A stretch of 64,000 nucleotides of DNA from Dictyostelium discoideum (taxonomy: Eukaryota), in assembly GCA_000004695.1 (NCBI GenBank), contig CM000150.2:4608001-4672000 (forward strand), in the 5' to 3' direction. How positions within the stretch are numbered: the first letter of the stretch is position 1; each line of letters starts with the position of its first letter. The notes beneath the pieces are model-generated. The model ran no database searches, was not told where the DNA came from, and was given only the letters and a program-made list of their open reading frames with translations. Below, piece by piece: positions 13,793 to 26,980 of this stretch. Position numbers and translations under genes: made by a program.

Positions 13793-16700
13793 TTATCTTC
13801 TAAATGAAGAAGAATCAAAACTTTCTTTTGTTGATGTGGAAGAATTATTTTTATAGGATAAACCGGACTCACCAACTCTTCTGGAATTTGAATTAAAATC
13901 TTCACGATTTGGAGTTACATAATCTAAATGAACAATATTAGTTGATTGTTTTAAACCAGTGAAATGACCTTGATTATAACAATAGAAAATTGAAAGTGAA
14001 GGAATGATTTCAGTGATAATTAAACCTAAGAAACTAAATGTAATATTTGAAGGATTTGCAGCAACTAAAATTAAAACGAAAACACAATGAATGATAAAAC
14101 CAATTGAACAAGCAAATGTAACTATAAATATTTTCTTTTGATGTTGGCTTGAGGAACTATTTCCGCTTGAACCACTGCCACCACCTGAACTACTACCACC
14201 ATTTGTACTACCACCATTTCTATTTTTTTTAATTGATCTCATTGATAGATATAATGAACCACCCAAATAAAGGAAAGCTGAACCAATAACAAAAGAAATT
14301 ATAGCTTGAATAATGGCATAAACAATTGAAACTACATATTGCGAGGTTGTGCTTGAAACTTCTAAAACGATTCTAGTACCACAATCATTACTTGGATGAT
14401 CTTCAGTATAATTGAATACCAATACAATTACAATGAATAATAAATAAAGTATAAGATTTGTAGCTAAAATTATAATTTTCAAACGTTTAAATAATGTTCT
14501 ACCAGAATCTTTAGAATTTACAATCATATACCAAAGTGAAACGATAATGGTAAAAGCTGTAAAATAAATAAAAGTTGGTAAAACCACTAAAATATAATCT
14601 GCACTTGAATTATTTTGAAGTGCACCACTTGGTATAATAAAGAAATAAATGGCTCTAATTAAAATGAAAATTGATACAATCACAATTAAAAAGTGTACCA
14701 ATTTAATTTGTTCGACACCTTTATATTTTCTAATAACAACCATTACAACTTGGAAAATACCCCAAATTGCTGTTAACATGAAAATACAAGCCAATGTATA
14801 AATTAAACCGGTTGCAGTTTTATCAAAAACTTCTTTCTCTTGACTTGACCAATTTTCAATACGAATAATTGGAAAGAATGATTTATCCTCTGTGAAATTG
14901 GTTAATATTGTACAAAGTAATTCACTTTCATCAACTGGCGATTTTTTAGTAAAAGTTTCAACATCCAATGGTCTTAATGGTGAATTTGAAGTTGAGATTG
15001 CAAAATCATAAATATCATAGGATTTTGAATATTTTGTACCATTAAATTGTAAACAAATTGTTAATGATAAAACACCTTGTGTATTAATAGTTATACCATC
15101 ACCTAAAATTGTACCAATAATTGCATCTTTATCATTTAGAATACCATAATTGTCAGGCTTTTTATATGATACGAAATTTGATGATAAAGTTTGTGCAATA
15201 GTTGATTTATAAAGTTGTTGAGAAACTTGTGATACCAATACTGATGTACAACCCGATTGTACTGATTTCTTAGTAAATTCAACTCTACCAAATGAAAAAT
15301 CATATGATGATTCTTCATTTGCACATGGTTTAGATTGACCTAATAATAATGCCGATGATGAGAAACAATCTGGTGAACCATTTTCAGAACAACTACAACT
15401 AATTGAACGTAAATTACCTTCAACTCTTTCCATTCTACATAATACTTCAGAACGATAAAGATCTGCAATATGAGTATTTACTGAATCATCCAATTCATTA
15501 AAAAGTTGTTCATAATTTAATACTTTTCTAACAGAGGTTGGATAAACATATTGATTGGTTCTCCATTGTGGTTTAATAGAGATACCACCTTGCCAAACTG
15601 CTGGAGTCCATTGGAAAATATTTTCCCAAGAATTTAATGATTCATTACCACATCCTGTACAAAGTTCTTCTGTCATTTGATTGAATCTAAAATTATAAGG
15701 TAAATTGTATGGACTATTATCAAGGATTTTACAACCCATTGGTGCTTCACATTCTTCACGTGTTGTTGCTGGTGCCCACCAAGTGAAACCTTCATCAGCT
15801 TGTAAATTACAAACTCTATGTGAACCCTCTGGATAATATGGGAAACAACCCATTGGTGAATCTGACTGATAGAATGTATCACAAGTTGGAGTTTGGAAAC
15901 CAGTTAAATAAGCGAAATGACCTCTAACACATTTACCCATGTTCTCTGGATAGTATGGTACATTTTCTGTTGTGAAAAAGTAAGAATCTGAACATTGACC
16001 TGCATTTTCACATTCTGCTTTGGTTGCACATTCAATTGGTTGAAGATAACATTGACTAAATGTAAAATCATAACATTCATCATATGGTTGATTTTCACAA
16101 TCTACCCATTGATAAATAAGATCAACTCCATCATCATTTAATGCAGCACATGCTTCTTTAGTTTTAGTATTTGCTAATTCACACATATAATTATCTTCAG
16201 ACCAAGTTGTATTTAAAATTGTTTGACAAACTGTTTCATTCATATAGAAGCTACCACCTTCAACACCACAACCACTATAACCTAAACCAACACATTCTTT
16301 ACCACATGGTAAATTACAATTACCATAATTATTTTCACAATCAGTTGGATCAACATCATATAATACTTCACCATTTGATAATATACAAACATTTGCTACA
16401 GTTGGTGATTTACATTGAACTTCATCAAAGTTATCGTCGAAATTAAAACAATCTGTTGAATTTGTTGAACAATAACCACAATACTCTTGAATTGCATTAC
16501 ATTTATCGATACAAGTTTGTTCGTCATCAACTTCAGGATCACAATCTGTTGGAATTTGACAGAATCCAATTGATTCACAAGTATCTAAATTTGATTGTAA
16601 TGAAAAACTCCAACCACCGATCTGACCATCGAAACAAGCATCATGTACAGTTACACAAGAATGATCTAAACAATTGGTTGTTGGATAACATGAATAATTA

Positions 16701-19393
16701 ATACCAATACCACTAGCAGTATAAGTATAGGTACCACGATAATCATTACCATATTGATTGGTACAATCATCCCAACTCATTGCGTTGAAAACATTTGAAA
16801 TTAATGAAGCATTACTTTGAATACCATATTTATTTAAAAATGAATAAGTATATGATGCTGGTAACCTATTGAAAACACATTCTAAATATTTCAAATCCAA
16901 TTGTTCTGGTGGTATCATGCAAATTCTTTGTTTTAAATCACAAATGATTGATTGGTTAGTTGGACCATAGGTACCACAATCGTTATCGGAAATACATGGT
17001 GTATCATTTAAAACATCTTTACAATCTCTTAATGCATCTCTCATTTCCATTGCACTATTGGTTGAAACAAATGCTGGTACATCACAGTCACTAACTACTG
17101 ATAATGAATTATAATATTCATTTAAAACTGATGCTGTACATTGTGAACTAAAACATTGATCTTCAACCAAATCATCATAGATTCCAATGAATTCTGATAC
17201 TTTCACTGGCACCATTTTTGGTTGACAACATTGGAAAAATGATAATGTAACATTACAACATGGATCCAAATCATATTCTGGGTCATTCGATGAATATGAA
17301 CAAACTGAAAGACTTTTATTAACAAAACTATTATCAGTTTGTAAAAAACTACCTGCTTTATCACTACATGCTTTCCATGAATCTGATAATGTCAATGTAT
17401 CAATATTAAAAATAATTGAATTTACAATTGAAAAATCAGTATTATTATATAATGTACTCTCTAAACTATCCATTTCCTTTAATAATTCTTCAAATTTTTC
17501 ATTATCACATTTTAATTCATTATTTAATGTTAATGTAAAATTACCTTCTAATGGCTAATAAATAAATAAATAAATGAATATTAATTATTTTTTTTTTCTA
17601 TTATTATTTAATAATAATTAATAAATAACTTACATTTCCATTTTTATCAACCAAAGTATTTAAAAATTCAATTTTTGAAGTTAAAATATCTTGAAAACCT
17701 TTATTTAATTGAGAAAATTCACCTTCAGTAGTTGATAATAAAAATGCAGTTGAATAATGATTTTTTCTACTTTTATCATTATAATAAGTGATTTTATTAA
17801 ATCTATAATCATCAACAAATTGTGCTGGAATTGGCCAAACTGGAAATGATTCTAAAAATGGGTATAAAATTGAATAGGATGTACAGGTTGACCAACCACT
17901 ACATTTATAAAAACTACCATTTGGTAAGAATAATCTTGATGATCCTAAAATTGAAAATGCACCACCTCTTGCATAATTATCACTAATTGATATTAATTCT
18001 GTTGTTGTTAATGTTGATATTGTAAATGAATAAACTGATGCATAATATGTTGATACTGTAATATATAAAGTTTTTGGGGTACCATCTGAATTTGGTTTTA
18101 ATGATAAAATTATATAATCATCATCTAAATTAAATTAAATTTAAAAAAATTATTATTATTATTATTATTAATATTTATTAATATTTTTTTTTTTTTTTTT
18201 TTTTTTTCGAAAAAAAAAATATTTACTTTCATTAATACATTCCCATTTTGAAGGGTTTGTATAATTTGGTTTTGTATTTGATGGATCATCTGAAATGAAA
18301 AAATCAATATCTTGGAAAATTGTTGGTGCTGAAAATGAAACAATACTTGGTTTGGTAACTTGAAAAGTGTAATAAGCAAGTTCACTTGCAAGTTTAGTTT
18401 CACCAACTGCTGGTACACCATCAACAATACATTCATGATCTGGTAAATTTGGTAAATTTGTACATGTTGTTGTTGGTAATTTTGATGTTGGTTGAATTTC
18501 TAAAAATAAAAAAAAAAAAAAAAAATTAATAATTAAATATATTTCTATTTATAATTATTATTATTATTATTTTTATTTTTTTAATTTTTTTACCTTTTGA
18601 AATTATTGTTAAATTAAAGTTTATATATTTTGATAATGGTATAATTGTTAAGAAATAAGTATCCAAAGTCCAAACATCTAAAGAGGTACCATCAAGATCA
18701 AAACCATTATCAGATGGACAAAACGCTGGTTGAATAAAAGTATCTGGTGAAATGTTTGGAGTTAATCTATTGAATAGACTTGATGGTGAATTTCCAATAG
18801 ATATGTAGTATCTACCTTGATTTTGAGATGACTCAATTCTTATGCCTTCACAAATGAATGCATTTGCTTTATAACGAATTGTAATTGGTTTATCTGTAGA
18901 TTCAAAATTTGTTGGAACATTTGCCTTTATTGTATCCCAATTTGGATATTTTGTACTATTACAAAAATCAACATTACATAATGTTTGGTCACATGATGAA
19001 TCCAATATTTTTGGACATTCATTCATATTGGTATAATCGCATGAACAATCAATATTTCCATTAATTATTGGTAAAGTACAATCAAAGTTACCACATGGAA
19101 CATTTCTAATACGATATAAATCTTGATCAAATTCAAAATCTATTAATGCATAATCAAACTCAACTCCTAATACATTTGTTGATTTTTCTATAATTTTACT
19201 TGATTTTACATTTATACAATTTATTAAATATATACCTAAAAAAAATAAAAATAAAAAAAAATAAAAAATAATAAAATAAATGAGTAAGTAATTAATTAAT
19301 TTATTAAAATAAAAAAATAAAATAATTTTAATATTTACAATTTATTAAAATTAATATAATAAAAATTATATTAATTATTTTTTTTATTATCAT
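13793..19393 (-). CDS. large cysteine-rich extracellular-domain protein with C-terminal seven-transmembrane domain (GPCR-like), 5 exons
   Basis: Exons 19393..19339, 19235..18594, 18499..18227, 18123..17633, 17554..13793. Exon 1 is a signal peptide (MIIKKIINIIFIILILIN). Phases are consistent across all junctions. The track ORFs 18526..19026 and 13793..17473 are exon bodies; the apparent Met at 17473 is internal. The C-terminal 400 aa contains seven hydrophobic helices, with a Gly/Ser loop between TM5 and TM6. The N-terminal roughly 1,300 aa are Cys-rich. Confidence 0.55.
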
Positions 19394-19872
19394 AGTATGA
19401 TAATTTATTTTATTTTATTTTTTTTCTATTAATACAAAATTTGCTGTTTGGAAAAACTTTTTAGAAAAAGAAAAAGAAAAAAGTTAAAAAATAAAAAAAT
19501 AAAAATATAAAAAAAAAAATAAAAATATAAAAAATAAATGTAAAAAAAAAAAAAAAAAAAAAAATATTTTTTTTTATTGTAATTTAAAAAAAAAGATTTT
19601 TATCCAACCACAAATATCTTCGAAACGTTTTTCGTTTGATCAAATTTTTTTTTTTATTTTCCAAAAAGTTTTTTTTTATTTTAAAAAATTCCCCACTCAA
19701 AAAAAAAAAAAAATATTTTTGGATTTTTTAAAAAAAAAAAGATCTTTTTAAATTTTTTTATTTTTTTTTTATTTTTATTTTTATTTTTATTTTTGATTGA
19801 TTTTCCAAAATACCCAAATATAACACACATATAAAAATATCTTTGCACACATACGCACCAAATTTGTTATTG

Positions 19873-20079
19873 TTAGAAAAAGTCTAATAATAATTGGGGT
19901 AGGACTTTTTCTAATTGTTGTAAATCAATGTCTGATGAGGGGTCATTCCTGTGCATCCTTGAAACTGATTCCTTTATAAATATTTCAATAAAGTCACATA
20001 ACATATCCATTGCATCTTCTGTTATTTTAATATTATCATTTTTAAAATTTAATCTTATTATTGATTCTATTGTTTTCTA

Positions 20080-20134
<55 letters not shown>

Positions 20135-20214
20135 AAACAAAATTATTAACATATGTTCAAAATAATAAAAAAAAAAACAAATAATAATGATAATACTTTT
20201 TTTACTTGAGACAT
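19873..20214 (-). CDS. CENP-X / MHF2 histone-fold protein (2 exons, about 70 aa)
   Basis: Exons 20214..20206 (MSQ, donor gtaaaa) and 20076..19873. The product is MSQKTIESIIRLNFKNDNIKITEDAMDMLCDFIEIFIKESVSRMHRNDPSSDIDLQQLEKVLPQLLLDFF. It aligns along its length to human CENPX (LLHLHFKDD...VDVDQLEKVLPQLLLDFL). The track ORF 19928..20149(+) is antisense to it. Confidence 0.65.
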
Positions 20215-20418
20215 ATTTATTGGTTAAAAAAAAAAATAAAAGAAATTAATTTTTTTTACATTTTTGTAATTTTGAAATTTTTTAAAAAAAAAAATATCTG
20301 AAAAATAAAAAAATTAAAGTTATGACGAATAAATAAAAATAAAATTTTAAATATTTGATTAGTTAAATAGTATATATTTTTTTTTTAAAAAATCTAAATA
20401 ATTATTTTATTAATTAAT

Positions 20419-21156
20419 TTAGTTATCTGGAGCAGACCATTCAGCAATTGGTTGTTGAGTGAATTCAACAGCTTCAACGGCAGCAACTGGAGCGGCAGCA
20501 ACAGCGGCGGTTTTTTCTTTTTCTGGTTCTTCATCAGTATCTCTGTAGATGAAGAGATCGACTTTGACAGACCAGGTGGTGTTTCTTGGGATGGTACCTC
20601 TTAAGTATAAAACTTCACGAGCTAATAACCAGAACATTAAGGCAATTGAGTTTTTACCACGGTTGTTACATGGGATAGCAATATCAACACCGTCTAAACA
20701 TGAGGTGGTATCACAGAGAGCGATGGTTGGGATATTTACGTATGAAGCTTCCATTAATGGTTGTTTATCTAATAATGGATCAGCAACAATCAAAAGTCTT
20801 GGTTCAGTGAATTTTGATTGGATTTGATTGGTAAAGGTACCTGGGGTGAAACGACCAGAGAAAGCGGTGGCACCGATAAAGTTGGCGAATTTGAGGACGG
20901 CACGTTGACCCAATGGTTTGGCAGAGATAACTGAGATATCAGCTGGGTTTTCAATAGCAACGATGACACGAGCAGCTAATTGAATCTTTTCCCAAGTTTT
21001 GGCAAGATTGATGATGAAGTGACCATTATCCTTTCTCTTCCAGGTGTATGATTCCATTTCAACATCAACGTTGTTACCACCGAGATGGGTTTGACAAGCT
21101 AACATCTTTAAGATATCATCTTGATGTGGGTTTAATGCAGCTGGGAATTGAGTCAT
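20419..21156 (-). CDS. rpsA: 40S ribosomal protein SA (p40 / laminin-receptor homolog)
   Basis: 245-aa single-exon ORF with strong identity to eukaryotic RPSA ([90 protein letters not shown]). Codon usage is C-ending, typical of highly expressed Dictyostelium genes. Confidence 0.9.
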   Translation of the reverse strand: MTQFPAALNPHQDDILKMLACQTHLGGNNVDVEMESYTWKRKDNGHFIINLAKTWEKIQLAARVIVAIENPADISVISAKPLGQRAVLKFANFIGATAFSGRFTPGTFTNQIQSKFTEPRLLIVADPLLDKQPLMEASYVNIPTIALCDTTSCLDGVDIAIPCNNRGKNSIALMFWLLAREVLYLRGTIPRNTTWSVKVDLFIYRDTDEEPEKEKTAAVAAAPVAAVEAVEFTQQPIAEWSAPDN

Positions 21157-21763
21157 CTTTTATAAGAGTAACGTAGACGCTAAATTGTTCATTGTGTGTT
21201 ATTTATCAATTATCAATTATCAAAAATCAATCATTTATATATAATAATAATAATAATTTTGATTAATATTCATTCTATTATTTGATTATTTAAATTTTCT
21301 CACAGATTGACCAATATAAACTAAAATTCATTCCACTATTGATAATATGCATAGAATATGGATATGTGATATGTGATATAGATACCGTACATTTTAAAAT
21401 TCTTGACAAAAGAAAGAAAAAAAAAAAAAATTTTCAATTTGCGCGAATTTTTTTTTTTCATTTTTTTTTTTTTTCCCAATTTTTTTTTTAATTTTTTTTT
21501 TTTGATTACGTTTTAAACTTTTGGAAAATATGGCCGACAAAACAAGAAATTTTATGTGGTTGGCAAAAGATAAAAATAAATATATTAAAGAATATCAAAG
21601 AATTTTTAAATTTTAAATGATTCAAAATATAAAAAAAATATGTTCACACAAAAAAAAAAAAAAATAAATATTTTTACACAAAAAAAAAAAAAAAAAAAAA
21701 AAGATTGATAAAAAATTATCACTTTTTTTTTTTTTTACTATTTTCTTTTTTTTTTTTATTTAT

Positions 21764-23107
21764 TTAAAAATTTTGATAATATTGTTGTTGTTGTTGTTGT
21801 GGTGGTTGTTGATATTGTTGAGAAGTTGGTTTATTAAAGTTTATATTACTAAGAAGCATAATTTCATTACCAATTTGAAGAGAATGTTGAGAGTTTGTGG
21901 TATTTAAAGATAAATTATCATTATTAAAGAGTTTTAAAGGTGGAGCTATTTTACAGAGTTTTAGGAAATCAGCGATTTCACTTTCATGTGTTGTTTGTTT
22001 TGAATTTCTCAATGTTGATACAAACACAGCATCATCATTGTCGTCAAGTGTATTGATGGGTGGTGAGGATATTCTTGATCCATCCTTTGTAAATTGATTA
22101 ATATGATGTTCACTCAATAGTAAAGGACCATGAATTTGGCTGATTTTACTATTTTTCATTGAGGAATTGTTTAATCTATCTATACCACTTGCACCAAATG
22201 AATTGGTTGAACCTGGTGAAGAACTTTGATAGAGTGGATTATTGAATAATGCATTATTACCACTTATACCAATTAAATTATTATTGCTATTGTTGTTGCT
22301 GTTTAACAATGTTAAATTACCACTACTATTATTACCAACTAAACCACCACCACTACCACCAATACCATTACTATTATTTAATAAGGTTAAATTGTTATTA
22401 CTATTATTACCAACCAAACCACCACCACTTGCACCTGTACTACCAATTAAACCGCCACTTGTACCTGTACTACCACCACCACTGTAATAGTCCAAAGTTG
22501 AGGGTTCTTTAAATGGAGATATACTAACATGAAATGGTGGACTTTTTGTGCCAGATGAAGATGATTTTGGAAAGTTTTGAAATGGTGGAGCTTGTTGATG
22601 AATAGCAATTGGAGCAGAGGTTGCTCTAGTTTTTGATTGTTGATTATTGTATGATGTTGGTGATATACCAGTGGTTTGATTTGGAATTGTGAAACTAACC
22701 TGTCTTATTGGAAGTGGATTTGATGATGGATGATTATTAATGTTAATACCACCACTTGTATTAATATTATTACTTGTTGTTGTTGTTGTAGTTGTTGAAC
22801 CAAATGGTGGTGATGAACCATATTGATTATTATAATTTGCATTTCCACTTCCAATCTTTATTGAGTTTGATGAAAATGGTGGGGATGATGATAGTGATGG
22901 TGGTTTATTAAATGATGATGAATATTGTTGTTGTTGCTGTTGCTGTTGCTGTTGATATTGTCTATTATTTTGCATACCTGGTATAAATATTGGGTTGCTT
23001 TGTGGGTTATTATTATTATTTTCATTGAAATTATAGTTATTATTATTACTATTGATTATATTATTATTATTGTTATAACTATTATTGTTTGTATTAAAGT
23101 TATTGAA

Positions 23108-23142
<35 letters not shown>

Positions 23143-24502
23143 TGATGTTATTAAAATTATAGTTTGCATTACTATTACTATTATTGTAGTTATTAAAATT
23201 ATTATTTGTTTCAAAAGGCATCGAATTTGAGTCGTAAGGTGATGAAGAGGTTGGTTTTGAGTTATTATTATTATTATTGTTATTTAATAAATCTTGTAAT
23301 GTACCCATTCTCGTAAGTTGGGGGTATGATGATGGATAATCTCTGTTATATGATGTTGATAAATTATTATCATTGGTATTATTATTGTTATTGTCATTGT
23401 TGTTGTTATTATTATTGTTGATATTAATGTTATTTGTATTGTTTATAATATTCGTATAGTCATTATTACTATTGCTGTTGTTGCTATTATTATTATTATT
23501 ATCATAGTTATTTCCAGATTGATAGTTATTATAATCTTTAATTATAAATTGTGATTCTAAACCTATATGAGAACTAGCTGAAATCTCTCTCGTTAAATTT
23601 TCTTTATAGGATAAGTCAATTTTTAAAATACCCATAGGAGTTGGAATTGCTGTAAATGATACTGTTTTTATACTCGTAGCTATAATAAATATACATATAT
23701 ATATATATATATATTGTGTTAGTTTTTTTTTTTTTTTTTTTTATTTTTTTTTTTTATTTTTTTTTTTTTTTCTAGTTTTAATAATAATATATTTACATAA
23801 TGGAAATGAAGGAGTTGTAATTGATTGTGAATCACAAACTCTTAGTTGGTAATTAACTGAACAAGTTGCTGATCTATTTTTTGAAAAATTTTTAAATAGA
23901 GAATAGCAAGGTATATTTCTAAGCATTGCATAAATTGTTCTAATTAAAATAATAACATTTTTATAAAATTTAGGTAACTCAACTGAATTATCAATCTCTC
24001 TTCTACAAATTTAAAAAATAATTTTTTTTTTTTTTTTAACAATTAGTAAAATTATTATTAATTTTTTGTGATAGTATTGTGTATACATACGGATCAAATA
24101 TTATTCTCCAAGATTCAACAATTGTATTTAAACCTAAACCAACATTTTCATCAAAATGAATTTCTATAACAAATAAAATTCTCATATCATTTTTGAGTAC
24201 TATTCTATCAATTTCCTGTCTATGTATGTCTGATTCCTCTGTTTCTAAATGAAACTATATTATATATATAAAAAAAATAAATAAAAATAATAATTAAAAT
24301 AAAATAACAAACAAAAAAAAAAAAAAAAAAAAAAAAGTTAATCATTTGATCATATATGTGTGTAGTGTGTCTATGATTTATATATACATACAGTTTTATT
24401 AACCCTTCTTGAAACTGATGAAGTTTCAACTCTTGATAATAATATACATTGTGATATCTTTGAAATGGTTTTTCGGATTAAATCTGAATATCTTGAATCC
24501 AT
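21764..24502 (-). CDS. autophagy-related protein 13 (Atg13)-like HORMA-domain protein with long Asn/Gln/Ser/Gly-rich C-terminal region (4 exons)
   Basis: Exons 24502..24392, 24254..24091, 24002..23797, 23679..21764, with phases consistent. The N-terminal roughly 200 aa (ISQCILLSRVETSS..., RILFVIEIHFDE, YKNVIILIRTIYAMLRNIPCYSLFKNFSKN, ATCSVNYQLRVC) follow the Atg13 HORMA pattern (compare human KTVQVIVQARLGEK / [27 protein letters not shown]). The track ORF 21764..23635 is the low-complexity last exon. Confidence 0.5.
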
Positions 24503-25125
24503 TTTTTCTTTTTTTTTAATTAATATATAAAGTTGTGTCTGTATGAAATTATTCGTTTAATAATAAATATATAAAAATGATCTTTGTTATACTAAGATAC
24601 TATGACAATCGTTTGTACAATAGTAGTAAAGTATATATAAATATACATAAATAGTTTGTTAAATTATTTGAACTATATGGGCGAGTGTGGTGTTTTTTTT
24701 TTTTTTTTAATGTGTAATTTAAAAAAAAAAAAAAAAATAAAATAATAAAAAAATAAAAAAAAATAAAAAATAAAAAATAAAAAATAAAAAATAAAAAAAA
24801 AAAAACACCACAAAACTTATTTTTTTAATTTTTTCAAATATTATTTTTATTTTATTTTATTTTTTTATTAAAGTAAAAGGACAAAAATAGTACCAATTTT
24901 AAAAATAAAATAAAAAAAAAAAAAAAAAAAAAATTAAAAATAAAAATAATATCTAAAAAAAAAAAAAAAAAAAAACAAAATTAATATGGGAAAAACTTCT
25001 CATTTTAATGAGATATTATTTTTATATATAATTTTCATTCATAGCAAAAATAACCTTTTTCTCGATTAAATCGCACAATTTCTTATTATTATAAAAAAAA
25101 AAAAAAAAAAAAAAAAATAATAATA

Positions 25126-25160
<35 letters not shown>

Positions 25161-25486
25161 TATTCTAAAAATAGGATATTTTTATTTTTTATTTTTTTTT
25201 TTATAAAAATTTTATATTATTTAAATAATTTAAAGAAAATTGGATGACTATTCATTCAATTTTTAAAAGCAATTAATTGTTTAAAAAATTTTTCTCACAT
25301 TTTCACCCATTAATATTTTGGGAAATTTTCCATATTTCTAAAACAGTTTTTTTTTTTTTTTTTTTTTTTTTTAATAAACAATTTTTTTTTTTTTATTTTT
25401 TTTTATCATAAACACAAAAAACAATAATTAAATATTTTATATTTCTAAAAAATTAAATTTTTAACTTTAAAACTAAAAAATCAAAA

Positions 25487-26149
25487 ATGTCAGATAATAA
25501 CAATATCTTAATTAGTGAATGTATTAAAGAATCATTAATTGAATTTAAAGAAGTTTTAGAAGATGAATCAACAATTGTTTATCTTGGTGGCTTAATATCA
25601 GAAAGTGAATCATTTGAAGAGATTAAAGACCAATTCAATTTATTTTGTAAAGATTTCGATATGCCATTCAAAGATGAGGATAATGAAATTGATAGGGTAT
25701 TTAATCAATTAATTAATTTATTGAAGCGTAAAGGCTGCATTTCCTTCTCCGTTGAAAGTAAGCCAAAATCTCATTTAGTCTGCACCAATGGTGATAAGAA
25801 ATCCGTTAATTTGGAAGACCCAAATCTAACAATGGAGCAGTATTTATCATTGACTTATTCTGAAGACAGTCGTACCAGACTCGCAACTTTACGTACCATG
25901 TGTCCATGCAAGGTCAAAGCAGACATTGACCAGTTCTATGACAGAATCATCGAAATGTCCAAAGACAGTGATAGAAACATTCGTTATCAAGCAATGCATA
26001 ACCTCTGCGATGGTTCTCCTGCATGGAGAGAGGATGCCGTCATCCAAACTTTGGAGTCAATGCACAATGACAGTGACCCAAAGATCAGAAGAAGAATTCA
26101 CAACATTCTCACCCACTACAAGCATACTGGTAAATGGAACATTATGTAA
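25487..26149 (+). CDS. hypothetical two-module protein; C-terminal half with HEAT-like (PBS-lyase type) repeats
   Basis: 220-aa single ORF. The C-terminal DSDRNIRYQAMHNLCDGSP...DSDPKIRRRIHNIL segment resembles HEAT/PBS-lyase repeats. Third-codon-position composition shifts sharply from A/T-ending in the N-terminal half to C-ending after about 25740. Confidence 0.55.
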   Translation: MSDNNNILISECIKESLIEFKEVLEDESTIVYLGGLISESESFEEIKDQFNLFCKDFDMPFKDEDNEIDRVFNQLINLLKRKGCISFSVESKPKSHLVCTNGDKKSVNLEDPNLTMEQYLSLTYSEDSRTRLATLRTMCPCKVKADIDQFYDRIIEMSKDSDRNIRYQAMHNLCDGSPAWREDAVIQTLESMHNDSDPKIRRRIHNILTHYKHTGKWNIM

Positions 26150-26980
26150 ACTTTTTAGTTTACAAAATTCTAATAATAGTTTTAAAAATAGTAATAATAA
26201 TAATATTATTCAACACCATCATCAATATGGAGCTTATTATTATCATCTTTATTATTATTTTAATAACTACTTTATGTTTTCAATTATAATTGTTAGAATA
26301 GTAACAATTACAAAACATCAACTTTGTAGTATTAAAAAATATCGTCCTTGGAGATGGAAATTTTAAAAGATTTCTAACGTTGGGCCAACAAGTGACACAA
26401 CAAATATCATTTATTCAACCAAAAAAAAAAAAAAAAATACTTTTTTTTTTTCTTTTTTACTTGTTCAATATTATTATTTTCTTTTTTTTTTTTTTAAAAA
26501 AAAAACAAATAACATATGGTTGTTCAGTCAATAGTAAAAATTAAAAAAAAAAAAAAAGAGCTTCTTTTTTTTTAATTAGTTATTTCTATATATTAATCAT
26601 TTTTTAAACTATAAAATTAAATTTATAATTAAAAAAGGTTCACTTCACTTCTAAATAATTAATAAATAAACTAAAAAAATATTAATTATTTCATTCATAT
26701 ACAAAATTGTTTTTTTTTTTTTTTTAACACTATTATTTTTTCTGGTTTTTTATTTTTTTTATATTTTATTTTAATCTTTAATAATTATTAAACGATCGAA
26801 CAAAAATAAAGGTTAAAAGTTTTTTTATTATGAAAAATTATTAATTTAAATTTTTTTATTTTTTATTTTTTTTATTTTTGTAAATATTGTTTTGGAAAAA
26901 AAATAATAATAAAATGTAATATTTATATTTACAATATTTTAATCTAATTAAATAATATAATTTTTTTATTTTTGTAAAAA

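Noticed and set aside
15136-16701. Several 60-90-aa ORFs on both strands inside 13793..17473 (15136..15324, 15673..15882, 15904..16098, 16171..16446, 16396..16578, 16456..16701)
   Set aside because: They are alternative-frame or antisense readings inside a long, well-supported exon, and are His/Gln/Asn-rich artefacts of its AT-rich codon usage.
19928-20149. 73-aa plus-strand ORF MSDEGSFLCILETDSF...
   Set aside because: The opposite strand encodes a CENP-X homolog with a clean two-exon structure. The plus ORF ends in a poly-Lys A-run and shows no homology.
22242-23230. Plus-strand ORFs 22242..22487, 22249..22512 and 22925..23230 (poly-Leu/Pro, poly-Tyr/His, poly-Ile)
   Set aside because: They are antisense to the Asn/Gln-rich last exon of the Atg13-like gene, i.e. 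repeat-driven open frames without independent support.
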